Shown piece by piece: positions 41,290 through 52,380 of a stretch of DNA of 64,000 bases. The DNA lies in contig OY969564.1 in the NCBI GenBank assembly GCA_963701095.1, forward strand, positions 768,001-832,000, written 5' to 3'. A program made the translations under genes and the position numbers. The notes below the pieces were generated by a model that saw only the letters and a program-made list of their open reading frames with translations, had not been told where the DNA came from and ran no database searches. The stretch comes from an uncultured Methanoregulaceae archaeon. Its GTDB lineage: Archaea > Halobacteriota > Methanomicrobia > Methanomicrobiales > Methanospirillaceae. Numbering within the stretch: position 1 is the first letter of the stretch; the number at the start of each line of letters is the position of its first letter.

Positions 41290-42756
41290 ATGAGCAGGAA
41301 ACAAAAACGACAATTCCAAAAACCCTCTGCTTCACCGGCACAGGGAAGCGAAGTATACGCCGGTTCCCTTACGGCGGGATTCAAGGGCTTCGCTACGCCC
41401 CGGATTGACACTCTTTTGATTGCCCGGTACGAACAGAACGCCGTGCTTGCCGATCCCGTACGGAACCTGAAACGGCTGATGTTCAAGGACGAGCCGACGT
41501 ATACGGTCTACGATCCCAAAGGCGAGGAAGACGCCGGACTGTCACAAGCGGCTAAAAACCTCGGTCGGTCTTTGGATTTGTTTGCGAAAGCCCAGTGGTG
41601 TTTCCATGACCGGGTGTTTGGCGGGTGTTCGGTCTTCTCCTGCGGCTGGGGGAACATTCCCGTCGAGGTTGGACAGAAAACCTTTATGATGAAGGTTCCT
41701 ACCGAGTTCCGGCACCTTCCCTGGAACTCGTTCTGGCAGCAGCCGCCGGGCTACATGACGACCTATAACCCGATTATGCCGGGGATTGTGGTTGACCCGC
41801 TGATGGTCGTCCATGTGTTCCAGGCAGTGGACCAGTTTGTGGATCTCGGCCGGGTTGGTGGTACGCCTTCGGGGCAGTACCATCTGGTCGAGATCTGGCC
41901 CCGGCACCCGAAAGAGGGGACGAACGAGGCTGCGGCTCTTGCTACGTGGCTTGCAAACCCTTCGCTTGGTACGCGTCCCACGCTGACCGGCCCGACGTGT
42001 TTTAAGATTATTAAGGATCCCTCTGCCCAGGATCCGTCAGGTTTACCGGATTGTCTGCCGCTTGTGCCACTGGTAACGATGTACGACCATGCGAACCAGG
42101 CAGAAAACCAGCGTATCGGCCGGGTGGGTTCCCCGGTGATTTTCCCGAAGGTAGACAGGCTTACTGCTGACAATACCGAGTACGCCCAGGCAATGATGCA
42201 GAAATGGGGTAAGGACACGGTGTTTCTCTGCAGTTCGGATGGGGTTTACGAGTTTCTTGATCCGCATATCCATGACAATGCCTCTGCCTTGGAACGCATG
42301 ACGTATCTCAAGGACATGATCACGGCCTATTTCAACCCGGCGACGCCGCTGAAACAGGCGACCGGCGGCAGTTCGATAGGCCGCAATGATTCCGGTGCGG
42401 CTGATATGCTGAACGGCTACATCAACAATACCCTCGCATGGATTGAAGACGGGTTCGAGGATGTGTTCAACGAGTGGCTTGACCTCAACGGGTTCTCTAA
42501 ATATTATTGTACGATTGAGTTCCCGCGGCAGTCGAACCGCAACGATGTCGAGATTACGAATACGTTGAACATGCTCGCGAACCACGGCGCTGTGTCACCC
42601 AATGATTTGCGACAGAACGCTCCTGGATTGAATTTACCTCGACTTGATGATCCGGCCTATGACTTGCCGGTACCGGCGACGCAGAATCCGGGGAGTGGTG
42701 TACCGGTGCCGCCCGGGAGTGTGCCGGTGGGGAATGTTGGCCGGGGTGAGGATTGA
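41290..42756 (+). CDS. Portal protein (probable)
   Basis: 488 aa immediately after TerL; position and size. Confidence 0.65.
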   Translation: MSRKQKRQFQKPSASPAQGSEVYAGSLTAGFKGFATPRIDTLLIARYEQNAVLADPVRNLKRLMFKDEPTYTVYDPKGEEDAGLSQAAKNLGRSLDLFAKAQWCFHDRVFGGCSVFSCGWGNIPVEVGQKTFMMKVPTEFRHLPWNSFWQQPPGYMTTYNPIMPGIVVDPLMVVHVFQAVDQFVDLGRVGGTPSGQYHLVEIWPRHPKEGTNEAAALATWLANPSLGTRPTLTGPTCFKIIKDPSAQDPSGLPDCLPLVPLVTMYDHANQAENQRIGRVGSPVIFPKVDRLTADNTEYAQAMMQKWGKDTVFLCSSDGVYEFLDPHIHDNASALERMTYLKDMITAYFNPATPLKQATGGSSIGRNDSGAADMLNGYINNTLAWIEDGFEDVFNEWLDLNGFSKYYCTIEFPRQSNRNDVEITNTLNMLANHGAVSPNDLRQNAPGLNLPRLDDPAYDLPVPATQNPGSGVPVPPGSVPVGNVGRGED

Positions 42757-42910
42757 TCCCGGGGCATTCGTATGTTAGTATGGTTGTGCCGCCAGTTGAG
42801 CGAATGTCTTTTGCGATCGGGCTTGGGGTTGTGGCTGTGGTTAAGGGGTATCTGCTAGTCCGGGGGTTGATCCTGTATGCGGCTTTTCGAGAGCGTGAGA
42901 GTTAGATAGG

Positions 42911-43117
42911 ATGCTCCCCGAACATAAGCTGTCCGAGGCAGAGAAACGGTGGATCGTCAGCCATTCCGAACCTGCGATGAGTCCGCAGATGACCAATGGG
43001 GAGGTTGCTAAAATATTGGCTCGGCTGTATTCAAGGACGAATTTTGGGAGAAGGAGCCGGGTTACGGTGTTTCTGTTCCGGAAATCTGAGGAGTTCAAGG
43101 GGATGGTGAAACAATGA
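42911..43117 (+). CDS. Small HTH-like viral protein
   Basis: LSEAEKRWI..MTNGEVAKIL..RSRVTV. Confidence 0.45.
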   Translation: MLPEHKLSEAEKRWIVSHSEPAMSPQMTNGEVAKILARLYSRTNFGRRSRVTVFLFRKSEEFKGMVKQ

Positions 43118-43241
43118 TGGGGAAACAAAATTTTTATTTCAATTCAATTTCACACCGCCCGGCCGGAATTTAATATAAACAATTTAAAATCATACAGAAT
43201 ACATTTGTTTAAGATTCACAAAAATTTGGCAGCAGAAAAAT

Positions 43242-43817
43242 ATGCAGCAAGACAATACAACGGATACGAGATTACGGGCGCTTGAACATTTAATCCTCTT
43301 ACTTTTGGGTGCACGGGATCAGAAAATTTCCCTTCTTCATCTTGAAAAGGAGGCATTTTTCTTATGGAATTTTCATCCTGATATTAAAAATTTCATGACT
43401 TTCATATCGCATTATCGCGGACCGTACTCGGAAGAGATTCAGCAGATAATTCGAAGTCCGTTCAATCTTATAGATTGCTGGAAATATTCTCCTCCGGCTC
43501 GGTATGACGCGATGAGCGGCGGATATGTTGAACTTACTCCCCACGGACGGAGAGAGTACAAACGTCTCTATACTGCCAGTTTGGCAAATCCCCAGATGAC
43601 TCCAATTCTTGCCGCTATGACGATGGTTAGGGAATTGTACGATAATTTGTCATTAGAAGAACTGTTGCTTCTCATCTATGATACCTATCCGGAGTACCAG
43701 AAGAAATCGGATGTTTTTGAATCGATCCGTAAATCAAAGAAGAGATTAGCAGAAAATCTTGTGAAAAAGGGTTATATCGACGAAGAACGATACGAAGACC
43801 TCATGGCGAGCAACTGA
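43242..43817 (+). CDS. Winged-helix protein, SocA/Panacea (DUF4065)-like
   Basis: LEKEAF..HYRGPYSEEI..LTPHG..IYDTYPEY. Confidence 0.55.
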   Translation: MQQDNTTDTRLRALEHLILLLLGARDQKISLLHLEKEAFFLWNFHPDIKNFMTFISHYRGPYSEEIQQIIRSPFNLIDCWKYSPPARYDAMSGGYVELTPHGRREYKRLYTASLANPQMTPILAAMTMVRELYDNLSLEELLLLIYDTYPEYQKKSDVFESIRKSKKRLAENLVKKGYIDEERYEDLMASN

Positions 43818-43818
43818 A

Positions 43819-44397
43819 ATGAGAAATTGCGTCGTAGCAGATTCAACATTTTACAGTTGTTGTACCTGTGATATCAAACGAAAAGACATTCTTTTCAAGT
43901 TCCTCTCGTTGTACCCCTTCTACCTCGGGAAAAAAATTTTGGGTGAGCTTCCAAAATCCCTCATGAACGATGATGATTTTTCACGACGCATTAGTGAATA
44001 TGATTTCGATTATTTCCAGCTCATCAAGCCCTTTTTCGGGAGGAATCCAAGTCATATCAATGATGGCGAGTACGAAGCTATTGGAATCGGGTATATGCTC
44101 GATGTTCAGGATAAACTACGTTTCCTCATTCTTGATGATCGCCGTCCCAATAAGTTTGCAAAAGCACATTTTGTCCGAATGGCACCCCGTGTGACCGGCA
44201 CGATCGGATTTGTCAAAGAGGGATGCTGTACTGACGGGAAGATCTCTGTTGAACACGCACTTGAATTTCTTGATGAAATTAAACGATCAGTAAGTGAAGG
44301 CAGGAAGCAGCGCCCATGCAGCATCACACCAGATGCCTGTAGGGCAATCCTTAAGCCTGCGATCGAATATATTAGACAATATCATGTCGACGCGTGA
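43819..44397 (+). CDS. PIN-domain nuclease (DUF3368-like)
   Basis: VVADSTF, DGEYEAI, LILDDRR, GTIG. Confidence 0.7.
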   Translation: MRNCVVADSTFYSCCTCDIKRKDILFKFLSLYPFYLGKKILGELPKSLMNDDDFSRRISEYDFDYFQLIKPFFGRNPSHINDGEYEAIGIGYMLDVQDKLRFLILDDRRPNKFAKAHFVRMAPRVTGTIGFVKEGCCTDGKISVEHALEFLDEIKRSVSEGRKQRPCSITPDACRAILKPAIEYIRQYHVDA

Positions 44398-45685
44398 TTT
44401 TGATCCTCATATCTCTGTTGAAAAGATATCACACGCGAAAGATGGTGATTATTTCATCAAACAGATTGAAATCGAACATTTACGGCAGAAAATCCAAACA
44501 CCATTAAAGATCCTCTCCGGAAACGGGATCACTGAACAAGACATCTGCACTATTCCGGGTCTCCCTTCACAACCATTCATAGAATACCAGAAGTTTGTAT
44601 CTAGTATACGCAGCTGGGTTGCTCTGCATACCCTTCTCACGGAGAAATCAAGTTCAGAACGAGTTCAGGGCCTTGATTCGTTTTTCAATATCAAAAAGAG
44701 GCCGTGGGAATCCGCATTGACAACCCTTTCCCTCGTATTCCCGAAAAATCCGTTTATTTCCTTCTCGGCCGGTATTGATGAAACGAGAAAAACTTTTCCC
44801 GGTCTCGACGAAAACAGTTATATCTGTCTTCTCGACTATATCCATTCGGCATCGAAAGCATTTGTGTTGTGCCCTGATGTCCGACTTGAGAAACGTGATG
44901 ACATTTCCACGGCGGGATATTTATCTTTTGTTGATCAGAGCATCAAAATTCTCAAAGACCGGAACAGCAAGCCGATTTTTGCCCCTCTGCATATAGAACT
45001 TTCAAAAAAGAATCTCGAAGAAGTTCTCACTCATTACAAAACACAAGGATACTCAAATATATGGATAAATTTCGATGCGAAATCTTGCCATGGAATGTAT
45101 GCTTCCCGATTGAGAACCATCATTCACCTTATCGATAAAATTCTTGAAAATCCGGATGCTACCCTGTATTTCTCACATATCAAAAAGGAGATTCTGCCTA
45201 ATATCATGGCTGATAAAGCGCCGGCATCAGACATCCTCACTCAATTCCATGGAGCGGATTTCATCGGAACAGACCGCGAGCCATGGCATCCGGTTCAAAC
45301 TGACTGGAACAACGATGACGCCATGCGTGAACTAGCGAGCAAACACAATTTCGAATCCGTAGAAGAATACAAAACAGCCCATGCACTCCACAAACACCGG
45401 ATCTTCGATCCCGAATCTTACTATTACCGGAATCTCGATCACTACCCGCAGAAACTTCCTATCGCCACTCCTACGCTTTTACGTGACAACGCAGTTAATC
45501 AGTTCATGAATAGCACCTTGATGCATTTCGAAGTCGAAAAAGCAAAGAAATCAATCGGTGAGACGCAATCTGTGAAAAAGTACCTCAAGGGCAAGGAAGC
45601 ATTCCAGGAGAATCCCGGCCTTATGGGAGACATTGTCATCCAGAAGCTGCAGTCGGGGCTCGTGGATTTTTTGGGAAATTTGTGA
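44384..45685 (+). CDS. Hypothetical protein, possibly a TGT-like TIM barrel
   Basis: N-terminal KIQTP, KPIFAPL, GADFIG; start overlaps the PIN gene. Confidence 0.45.
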   Translation: MSTRDFDPHISVEKISHAKDGDYFIKQIEIEHLRQKIQTPLKILSGNGITEQDICTIPGLPSQPFIEYQKFVSSIRSWVALHTLLTEKSSSERVQGLDSFFNIKKRPWESALTTLSLVFPKNPFISFSAGIDETRKTFPGLDENSYICLLDYIHSASKAFVLCPDVRLEKRDDISTAGYLSFVDQSIKILKDRNSKPIFAPLHIELSKKNLEEVLTHYKTQGYSNIWINFDAKSCHGMYASRLRTIIHLIDKILENPDATLYFSHIKKEILPNIMADKAPASDILTQFHGADFIGTDREPWHPVQTDWNNDDAMRELASKHNFESVEEYKTAHALHKHRIFDPESYYYRNLDHYPQKLPIATPTLLRDNAVNQFMNSTLMHFEVEKAKKSIGETQSVKKYLKGKEAFQENPGLMGDIVIQKLQSGLVDFLGNL

Positions 45686-45825
45686 AATAAATTACTTCAT
45701 AGAGATGGATTCCCTCCCGGACAGAATCCATGACCTCGACAAGCTCCACGGCAGACCGGTTGTCTTCTGATAGGTACTCTTTGAGAAGAAGAAGGAGTAA
45801 CTGGTGGTGATTATCTTCAGAGCCG

Positions 45826-48800
45826 TTATTTTACATATGGACAAGAACCGCGCTTTTTTACTTTATTGCGGTTGAATCCCGGGGGGGTTGGTTTAAATCT
45901 GTCATCATCCGTTGATGCAAGTGGATGGGATACAAGTTGAGCTGGATAGTCTAATGATTGAAATTTTCTTAATTTTCCAATGTTTAATTCCGCAGTCAAA
46001 ATTGTATTATCATCGCCTCCTGATACGCGAAGTATATCCATTCTATCTTTTCTAGTAGGTTGAACGATCCTTGAATCTCCGAATTCTGAACAATTTACTT
46101 GGATGACATAGCAATGTAAATCCTTCACAACAGATTCCACTATCGAAGAAAAGTAATTTGTATCTTTATTTAATACACAAGCTATGAGTAAATCCAATTC
46201 TGATCTGAAAATGGCTCTGTGTTTAATATCAGAAACTTCATAGCAATTATAAATTGAGAATTGGCAGCCTCTCCACTTAAAAAGGTCGTATCTCGAACAT
46301 TTGTTTTCAGGAATCACTAATTTTTGTTCTTTTAAGTTCTCAATCTCTCTTGGTGCAAAATGATTTTTACATCGAATCGAGAGGCAACATGTCTTATATT
46401 TTTCCTTATTTTTTACGGGAAGAGCCGACACAATAAAATTATTTGCAACGCTCTCTTCTTTTTTAACTATCCAATATTCCATCCCGAAGATTAATGCCAT
46501 CTGATGATTACGTGCATATTTGACTAAAAAAGGCAACCATCGATATGGGATAGATAATTCTGGGAGTACAAGAAGGTCACAGCTTCGTTTTTTTGCTTGG
46601 TTAATAATTGAAAATAATTCTTTTTGACGTTTAAAAGTCAGATTAGGTTTTTCATTTTGATGATAACTTCTATTGACATCATCGTCAGCTATTTTGATAT
46701 TCGCCACACCCACCTTAATTTTTCCGGTCGGCTTCTCTGAATGCATTGAATATTTTTTTGGCACACAATGCTCAATTACTTCTATAATATCGTCATGATC
46801 AGAATAGGACAATTCCTTATTTTTCCTAATCGATATCGGAAAATTTTTATTGACGTGAGAAATCTCATTATAGTCTTCTTCAAGAGAATCTAATTTGATT
46901 TTATCTCCATGCAAAACTTGCTTGAGAAATTGAAAAAGGAAATATTCATCAAAATGAATGAATCTGGGGGATAATTCAAGTTTTTTCAGATTTAATTTAA
47001 ACGATTTTTCCGTAAACCTAGTCTCAAATCTATCCCACTCAATAAGGGATGATTCATAATTTGTATAATTAATCAAAGGATATGCAACGTAATTATGTTT
47101 GATAAGATTAGATTGTCTGAATTTTTTTGCATAATTACTGATTTTTTCAGACTGAGAATGAGAATCTCTAGCAAATGAATAACGTCGAAAAGATTCTTCG
47201 TTATGCTTTTCAAGATAAATATCCTTATCATTTCCTAGGAGACCAACGGGAATAGAAATTGCAATTAGTAGATATTCAAAAAGATTATTTTTTAGTTTTT
47301 TAAGTATTCCTTCATTAATTTGAGGGGTATTTTTGATTCCACAATCTTGATTTTTGATATTTTCCTCTGGGAAAAATTTTGTAATCTTAAGAATTGTTTC
47401 CTGAACATCGAAGAAAAATCTAGCTCCCTCTTTTTCTTGATTTGTCAATATTGTGAAAGAGAACAGTTTCTCCCATGTTTTACAAAAAGCAACGAAATTT
47501 TTTCCTTTGTAAAACTTAAACAACTGATCTGAAATTTTCTTTAAATCCTTATCATCAATTTCACTCTGATTTAAACCCGTAATTATATTTGTTAAATTCT
47601 TTGAGAATTCGGTAATATTCTCTACAATTCCAATAATATTTCTCCATTTGTTCGTTGATCCATCAAACAAAATATTGTAAGACTTTCTCGTTCACGTAAT
47701 ATTGCAGATTATCATCGGGTAAGAAAAAGAACGCACTTGCATTGTCATCTATTTTTTTCTTAAATGAATCTAACAACGCTTGGGATTGATCAGCTAAAAA
47801 GAAATGTAGAATCAATTTTTTCTCTTGAATTTGTAGCATGTCATCGCTAACAAGAAAATATGATTTCTTTTTTGGATCATAATTAAAAATTTCAGTCTTG
47901 CAAAAAAAATTATTCATAAAATTATAAATTTTATTATCCGGTTCAATTATTGGATCTCTCATAACTATAAGTATATCATCAACATACCTACCGTAATATT
48001 CCGGCTTCACCACTTTCAAAATTTTTTCATCCAAATCTTTCAGATGCCAGTTGCAAAGTAAACTTGATGAGGCTAACCCAATTGGCAATGGTAGAATATT
48101 ATTTGGAATGTGATTATGCGAATGACGAAATATCTCTCGAATACTTTTTTGATATTGCTGATGAATTCTTTCTAAAATATCGGTTAGTTTTATAGCGAAT
48201 TCTAACTCGTTGAAATCTCTTATTTTCCTTTTTAAGACCTTGCGGATATTATCGAAATCCGTATTAATGCAATAAAAACATTGCTTTAAGTCTAATGAAA
48301 GAATTGCAACATTCTCTTTATCAATATTAAGAATATTTTCTGCAGTTTTTAGAGCATTATTCCTCCAATCCTGGTATTGTGTATTATACAGTTTGAAAAT
48401 GTGGCTGCTGTGATCTTCGGATCTGAACAGACTGTCATTTAATCTGGATGCGTAACAGGATTTTGATAGTTCAGATTCTAGTTTAACACCCGCTTTCATT
48501 AACCAGATGACACTAATTAAGTGTAATTCAATGGGGGCATCAATGAAAAAATTTACACCCTCTAGATAGTATTCTTCAGAAGATTTCTGATTTGTTAAAA
48601 AATGTTCGTCGTGGTTTTTTGTTTTATTCTTTGAATCCTCCCTTTTTTTATCCTCTTGTGTTTTTACGGATTTTGGGAGTAAATTGTACCCAATTTTTTC
48701 AATATATGGATCTAAAATTGTGATATCGTTTTGTGAATTATCTTTTAAGGTATCAATTATTGAAGCAAAATTTATTAGTTTCTCTTGAAATTCCTCTGAG

Positions 48801-48907
48801 CATTCAAAATCGGCTAATTTTTTAATTTGAAATAAATTCAATGTTTCAAAATAAACCGTCTGTTTGAGTTTTTTATATGCGACATTTACTAAATCAGTTG
48901 AATCCAT
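45826..48907 (-). CDS. Reverse transcriptase-nitrilase fusion (DRT1/UG1-like), split by a frameshift near 47680
   Basis: RT motifs LDLKQCFY, LPIGLASS, YGRYVDD; nitrilase triad LPEL / KNH / NCYE; frames join at EK-YNILFDGSTNKWR. Confidence 0.85.
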
Positions 48908-49099
48908 TCTAGCCTTCTAGAAGATAAAATGAAATTTTATTATATATAAATTAGGTACTATCGTATCAAAATTAAACTAGTTAGGATATTCGCAATTGAG
49001 TTAACGGAGAAAGTTACACTCCATTCCGGGTTTGTCCTATCCTCAATTGGTTTTATTAGCCCTTAGCCTTTTCAGTCGAAGTCAAATGCATAATTCTTA

Positions 49100-49975
49100 T
49101 TAATGATTTAGAATTTTTTCCGGGCAGACCTCTGCATACTTACAACTCATACACTCCCTTTGCGAAGGCCGTGCCGGGAAATTCCCGAATTCGTAACTCG
49201 TGTTCATCGCCGCAAACTCACGGAGGATCATTTCCTGCACATTGTGTAACTGATCCTCATAGAAGGCGTAGGGTTTCGTTACGCCGGTTTTCAGGTAAAC
49301 AAGTTCTGTGCCAATATTATCGATACTCATCTTGTAGTATTCTTTTGCCCAGAGCACATATGCCATCATCTGAAGTTCCGTTTCGTACTCATCATCGTCC
49401 CTGCCGGTCTTCCAGTCCGTGAGGATGAGAGTGCTTTCAGGCATCCTCCCGACAAAATCAACCTTGACTGTTACCTCGACATCCTCAATATAGAAATGAT
49501 CATACTGCTCATGCCTTAGGCACCCCCGATTCTCATAGGCTGGCCATTTTCCGAAAAATGTCTGCAGGCATGTCTTTCCGTTCTCGTAGATATATGTAAA
49601 GAAAGTGCTGGGGATCTTCTCGCCGTTGTGGTATTCGGTGAAGGTCTCGCCGCCGATATTTTCGTACAGCGAAACTTTTTTCGAGAATGCATCTAGTGCC
49701 TCGGCAAGATCAATCGGCTTGTTCTCGCAATGGAGCTGGATCTGCTGGTCGATGATATCGTGGATGAGCTGTCCCTGAACGACAAATTTGGACGTGAAGT
49801 TCTTGAGCCACCGGATTTTATCCGGATCAACGACCACCTCACTTTTCACATACGGTGCGATGTACTCGTAATAATATTGCCTCTGGCACCGGTTCCAAAC
49901 CCTGTGTTTGGTAAACGACCACGTGTTGATCTTGAAGAAAAAGGGATCGAGATCCGGCATATGGTTCTGTTGCAA
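49100..49975 (-). CDS. PD-(D/E)XK nuclease, Cas4/AddB-like with four Cys
   Basis: WSFT..CQRQYYY, KVDF..DWKTG, LQMMAY, CMSC..C. Confidence 0.85.
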   Translation of the reverse strand: MQQNHMPDLDPFFFKINTWSFTKHRVWNRCQRQYYYEYIAPYVKSEVVVDPDKIRWLKNFTSKFVVQGQLIHDIIDQQIQLHCENKPIDLAEALDAFSKKVSLYENIGGETFTEYHNGEKIPSTFFTYIYENGKTCLQTFFGKWPAYENRGCLRHEQYDHFYIEDVEVTVKVDFVGRMPESTLILTDWKTGRDDDEYETELQMMAYVLWAKEYYKMSIDNIGTELVYLKTGVTKPYAFYEDQLHNVQEMILREFAAMNTSYEFGNFPARPSQRECMSCKYAEVCPEKILNH

Positions 49976-50203
49976 GGGAATCCCGAAATATGTTTCCTTT
50001 AAAGGGTCTAGTGGTTCTGTTAACTTAGTCAGGGATCGGATATTTTATTAGGAGTTGGAAAATTTGATAATCCCATAACAAGTTGACGGAGCCTTAGGAA
50101 CGATGATTGGGTTGGCGGTAAAATAAATCCCAATATCTTATTCAAATCATTAAACAATAAGTTTATTTTGTTATTTTCCCTTCATCTGAATAACAGATAT
50201 TAT

Positions 50204-50884
50204 ATGACACTTGTAGTTGTATTTCCAGCAAAAGACGGGGTTGTTATTGGTTCTGATACGCAATTAACAAGAGGAAGTACACGTTGTCAAGATCTGAAAA
50301 TTATAGGATTCAGTCCCAATTGTTTATGGGCTGCTGCGGGTGATATTCCTCTTATTCAACGATTTAAAAAAGAACTAAACAAAACACCTGCAAAAAAGAA
50401 ATCTTTGGAATCAACAAGAGATGAAATAAGTCAAATAATAAAGAAAGTAATGAGTCAAGCGATGAAAACCGACGTTCGTTTTGATATGGTTAGTCATCCA
50501 ACTGACCTTTTACGCCTATATAATCTTGAAATAATTTTTGCTGAGTACACTAATACACCCACAATATATCATTACTTAAATACAGGTGTTTCTGAAATTT
50601 TAGAGCGCCCTCATGCTATTGGTGTAGGCCATGATTTTGCATTTGCACTTTTACAAAAATACGAAAATACTATTCGTGAGTTTGATACAGATAAAGCCTT
50701 AATTTTAGTATATAAAATTCTTAACGAAGCCATTAAGGTTGGAGCCTATGATATTAATTTCCCTATTGATATTTGGGTTATAAAATCGAATGGAGCAAAG
50801 CCTATTCAAGGGGAAGAACTTGATACACTTCATAATAAATTTCAAGAATTGCAAGATAAAGAAGTAAAACTATTAATTCCGTAA
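50204..50884 (+). CDS. Proteasome-beta-like Ntn hydrolase
   Basis: M-T start (Thr1), DGVVIGSD, K near position 33, AAAG, AIG. Confidence 0.7.
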   Translation: MTLVVVFPAKDGVVIGSDTQLTRGSTRCQDLKIIGFSPNCLWAAAGDIPLIQRFKKELNKTPAKKKSLESTRDEISQIIKKVMSQAMKTDVRFDMVSHPTDLLRLYNLEIIFAEYTNTPTIYHYLNTGVSEILERPHAIGVGHDFAFALLQKYENTIREFDTDKALILVYKILNEAIKVGAYDINFPIDIWVIKSNGAKPIQGEELDTLHNKFQELQDKEVKLLIP

Positions 50885-51136
50885 TTAGCCCAATCTTCTA
50901 TAACCACATCTACTGCAATAATAAACTTGAACCATCCGTTCCCTATTTGTTAAGGGATTTTTTTGCTTCAACTGCCCCGCCCTATGCATGGGGGATCCGC
51001 AAATCGGGCATTTCTCCATCTTATTTCCAACAGTATCTTTCTTATTCGCTGGATTATTATTATTTTCTAATATTTGTCCTTCTGTTTGTTCTTTTGCGAC
51101 AACCCGTGACTTATCACTTAATTCCAAATTTATCAA
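50885..51136 (-). CDS. Small zinc-ribbon protein (start uncertain)
   Basis: CPICG..YYCSRCG. Confidence 0.45.
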   Translation of the reverse strand: MINLELSDKSRVVAKEQTEGQILENNNNPANKKDTVGNKMEKCPICGSPMHRAGQLKQKNPLTNRERMVQVYYCSRCGYRRLG

Positions 51137-51177
51137 CCTGTCGTTAACTTATAAGAACCCCACGATCCATCCCCATT

Positions 51178-51263
51178 CCCCAATCCCTCCCCATTCCTTC
51201 CTTTTCTGCCGAATTCATACCCAGATATAACCCCACAAAACACCAATATATTCAATGCCCGAT
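51178..51263 (+). promoter_or_regulatory. Repeated promoter/leader, copy A
   Basis: Pyrimidine tract + gccgaattcatacccagatataaccccacaaaacaccaatatattca-ATG(51255). Confidence 0.8.
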
Positions 51264-52376
51264 TCTCAAAAACTCGCCGCGGTCGACAACGAAGGGACGT
51301 TCTCCCACTCTTCTCATGATGTCCGGCTCCAGCGGCTCGACACGTACCTTCCCTACACCGGCACCCCATCCGGGAAACTGAAGTATACCGTAGACAACTT
51401 CGCCGGTACAGAAAAAGCCTGGGACAACGCTCTCGCCGTCTTTGTCCCGGAAGGCGTCCCCGTCCAGCACGTAGACCATACCCGGTTCGCCCATGATGCA
51501 CATGCGGAGGCTGCCCGGTTAGGGTACAGAATTGTCGGGCACCATGCAGATACGAAAGTCATAGACCAAGGCCCCGGAGAGCCGCGGGTCATGACCAAAG
51601 CCGTCTTCACCGACCCCGCAGTAGACCGGCTCGCACGTGAAGGAAAACTCTCCGTCTCAAGCGGCTTCGACGCCGAAATCATCCCCGGGGAAGACCGCAT
51701 GGCCGGTACCGTAACCCCCAACCACGTCCTCTACTTCATCAGGAACGAACCTACCGCCTTTGGCACAAAAGCCACGCCAAACGACCTCGGCGCCATGGTC
51801 GACAACCTCCAGGAACAAACCCCCGAAAACACGCTCCCAGGAACTCGCATGATAGAAACTGAAGAAACCAAAACGCTCCTTGAAAAGATCGCAAAGAAAG
51901 TCGACAACATCAGGGAACACGTCGTACCGAAACCCGAAGACCTCCAGGCCGCGGTTGACAACCTCAGGAAAGAAAGCGAGGACAAGACAGCAGAGATCAC
52001 CACCCTCAGACACCAGGTCACGGAGAAAGACACCACGATAACCGAGCTCCAGAAAAGCAAAGACCAGCTCGACAACCTCCTTGCACAGAAAGCCGAGGAA
52101 ACCAGGAACCAGCGGTGGCAGGAGGTCAAGAACCTGTACAAACCGGCACTCTTCCACAAGACCGACGACGAAACCCGGCTCCGGAACGAATTCGAACAGG
52201 ATCCCGCCGGGTTCGTTCTTGCAAACGTCAGTAACCTCGCACCCGCCCCGGCCAAACAGGAAGCACAAGGAAAATCAGCGATAGGAAACGTCGATAGCAT
52301 GGAAAAAATCGATACCCGCAAAGCCGCCGGCGTCTACGATGCCACGACCAAATCCATGAGACCGCTGGAGGGATAG
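51255..52376 (+). CDS. Prohead protease/scaffold protein (probable)
   Basis: N-terminal domain with H..VG..LSVSSGF..NHV, coiled-coil C-terminus; precedes the capsid genes. Confidence 0.65.
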   Translation: MPDSQKLAAVDNEGTFSHSSHDVRLQRLDTYLPYTGTPSGKLKYTVDNFAGTEKAWDNALAVFVPEGVPVQHVDHTRFAHDAHAEAARLGYRIVGHHADTKVIDQGPGEPRVMTKAVFTDPAVDRLAREGKLSVSSGFDAEIIPGEDRMAGTVTPNHVLYFIRNEPTAFGTKATPNDLGAMVDNLQEQTPENTLPGTRMIETEETKTLLEKIAKKVDNIREHVVPKPEDLQAAVDNLRKESEDKTAEITTLRHQVTEKDTTITELQKSKDQLDNLLAQKAEETRNQRWQEVKNLYKPALFHKTDDETRLRNEFEQDPAGFVLANVSNLAPAPAKQEAQGKSAIGNVDSMEKIDTRKAAGVYDATTKSMRPLEG

Positions 52377-52380
52377 ATCC

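Noticed and set aside
45826..48907. RT as part of a diversity-generating retroelement, retron or group II intron
   Set aside because: Nitrilase fusion; I found no template/variable repeat pair with adenine-specific differences, and no Avd gene or maturase domain
49100..49975. Cas4 of a CRISPR locus or casposon
   Set aside because: No cas1, PolB or array nearby; treated as a solo PD-(D/E)XK nuclease
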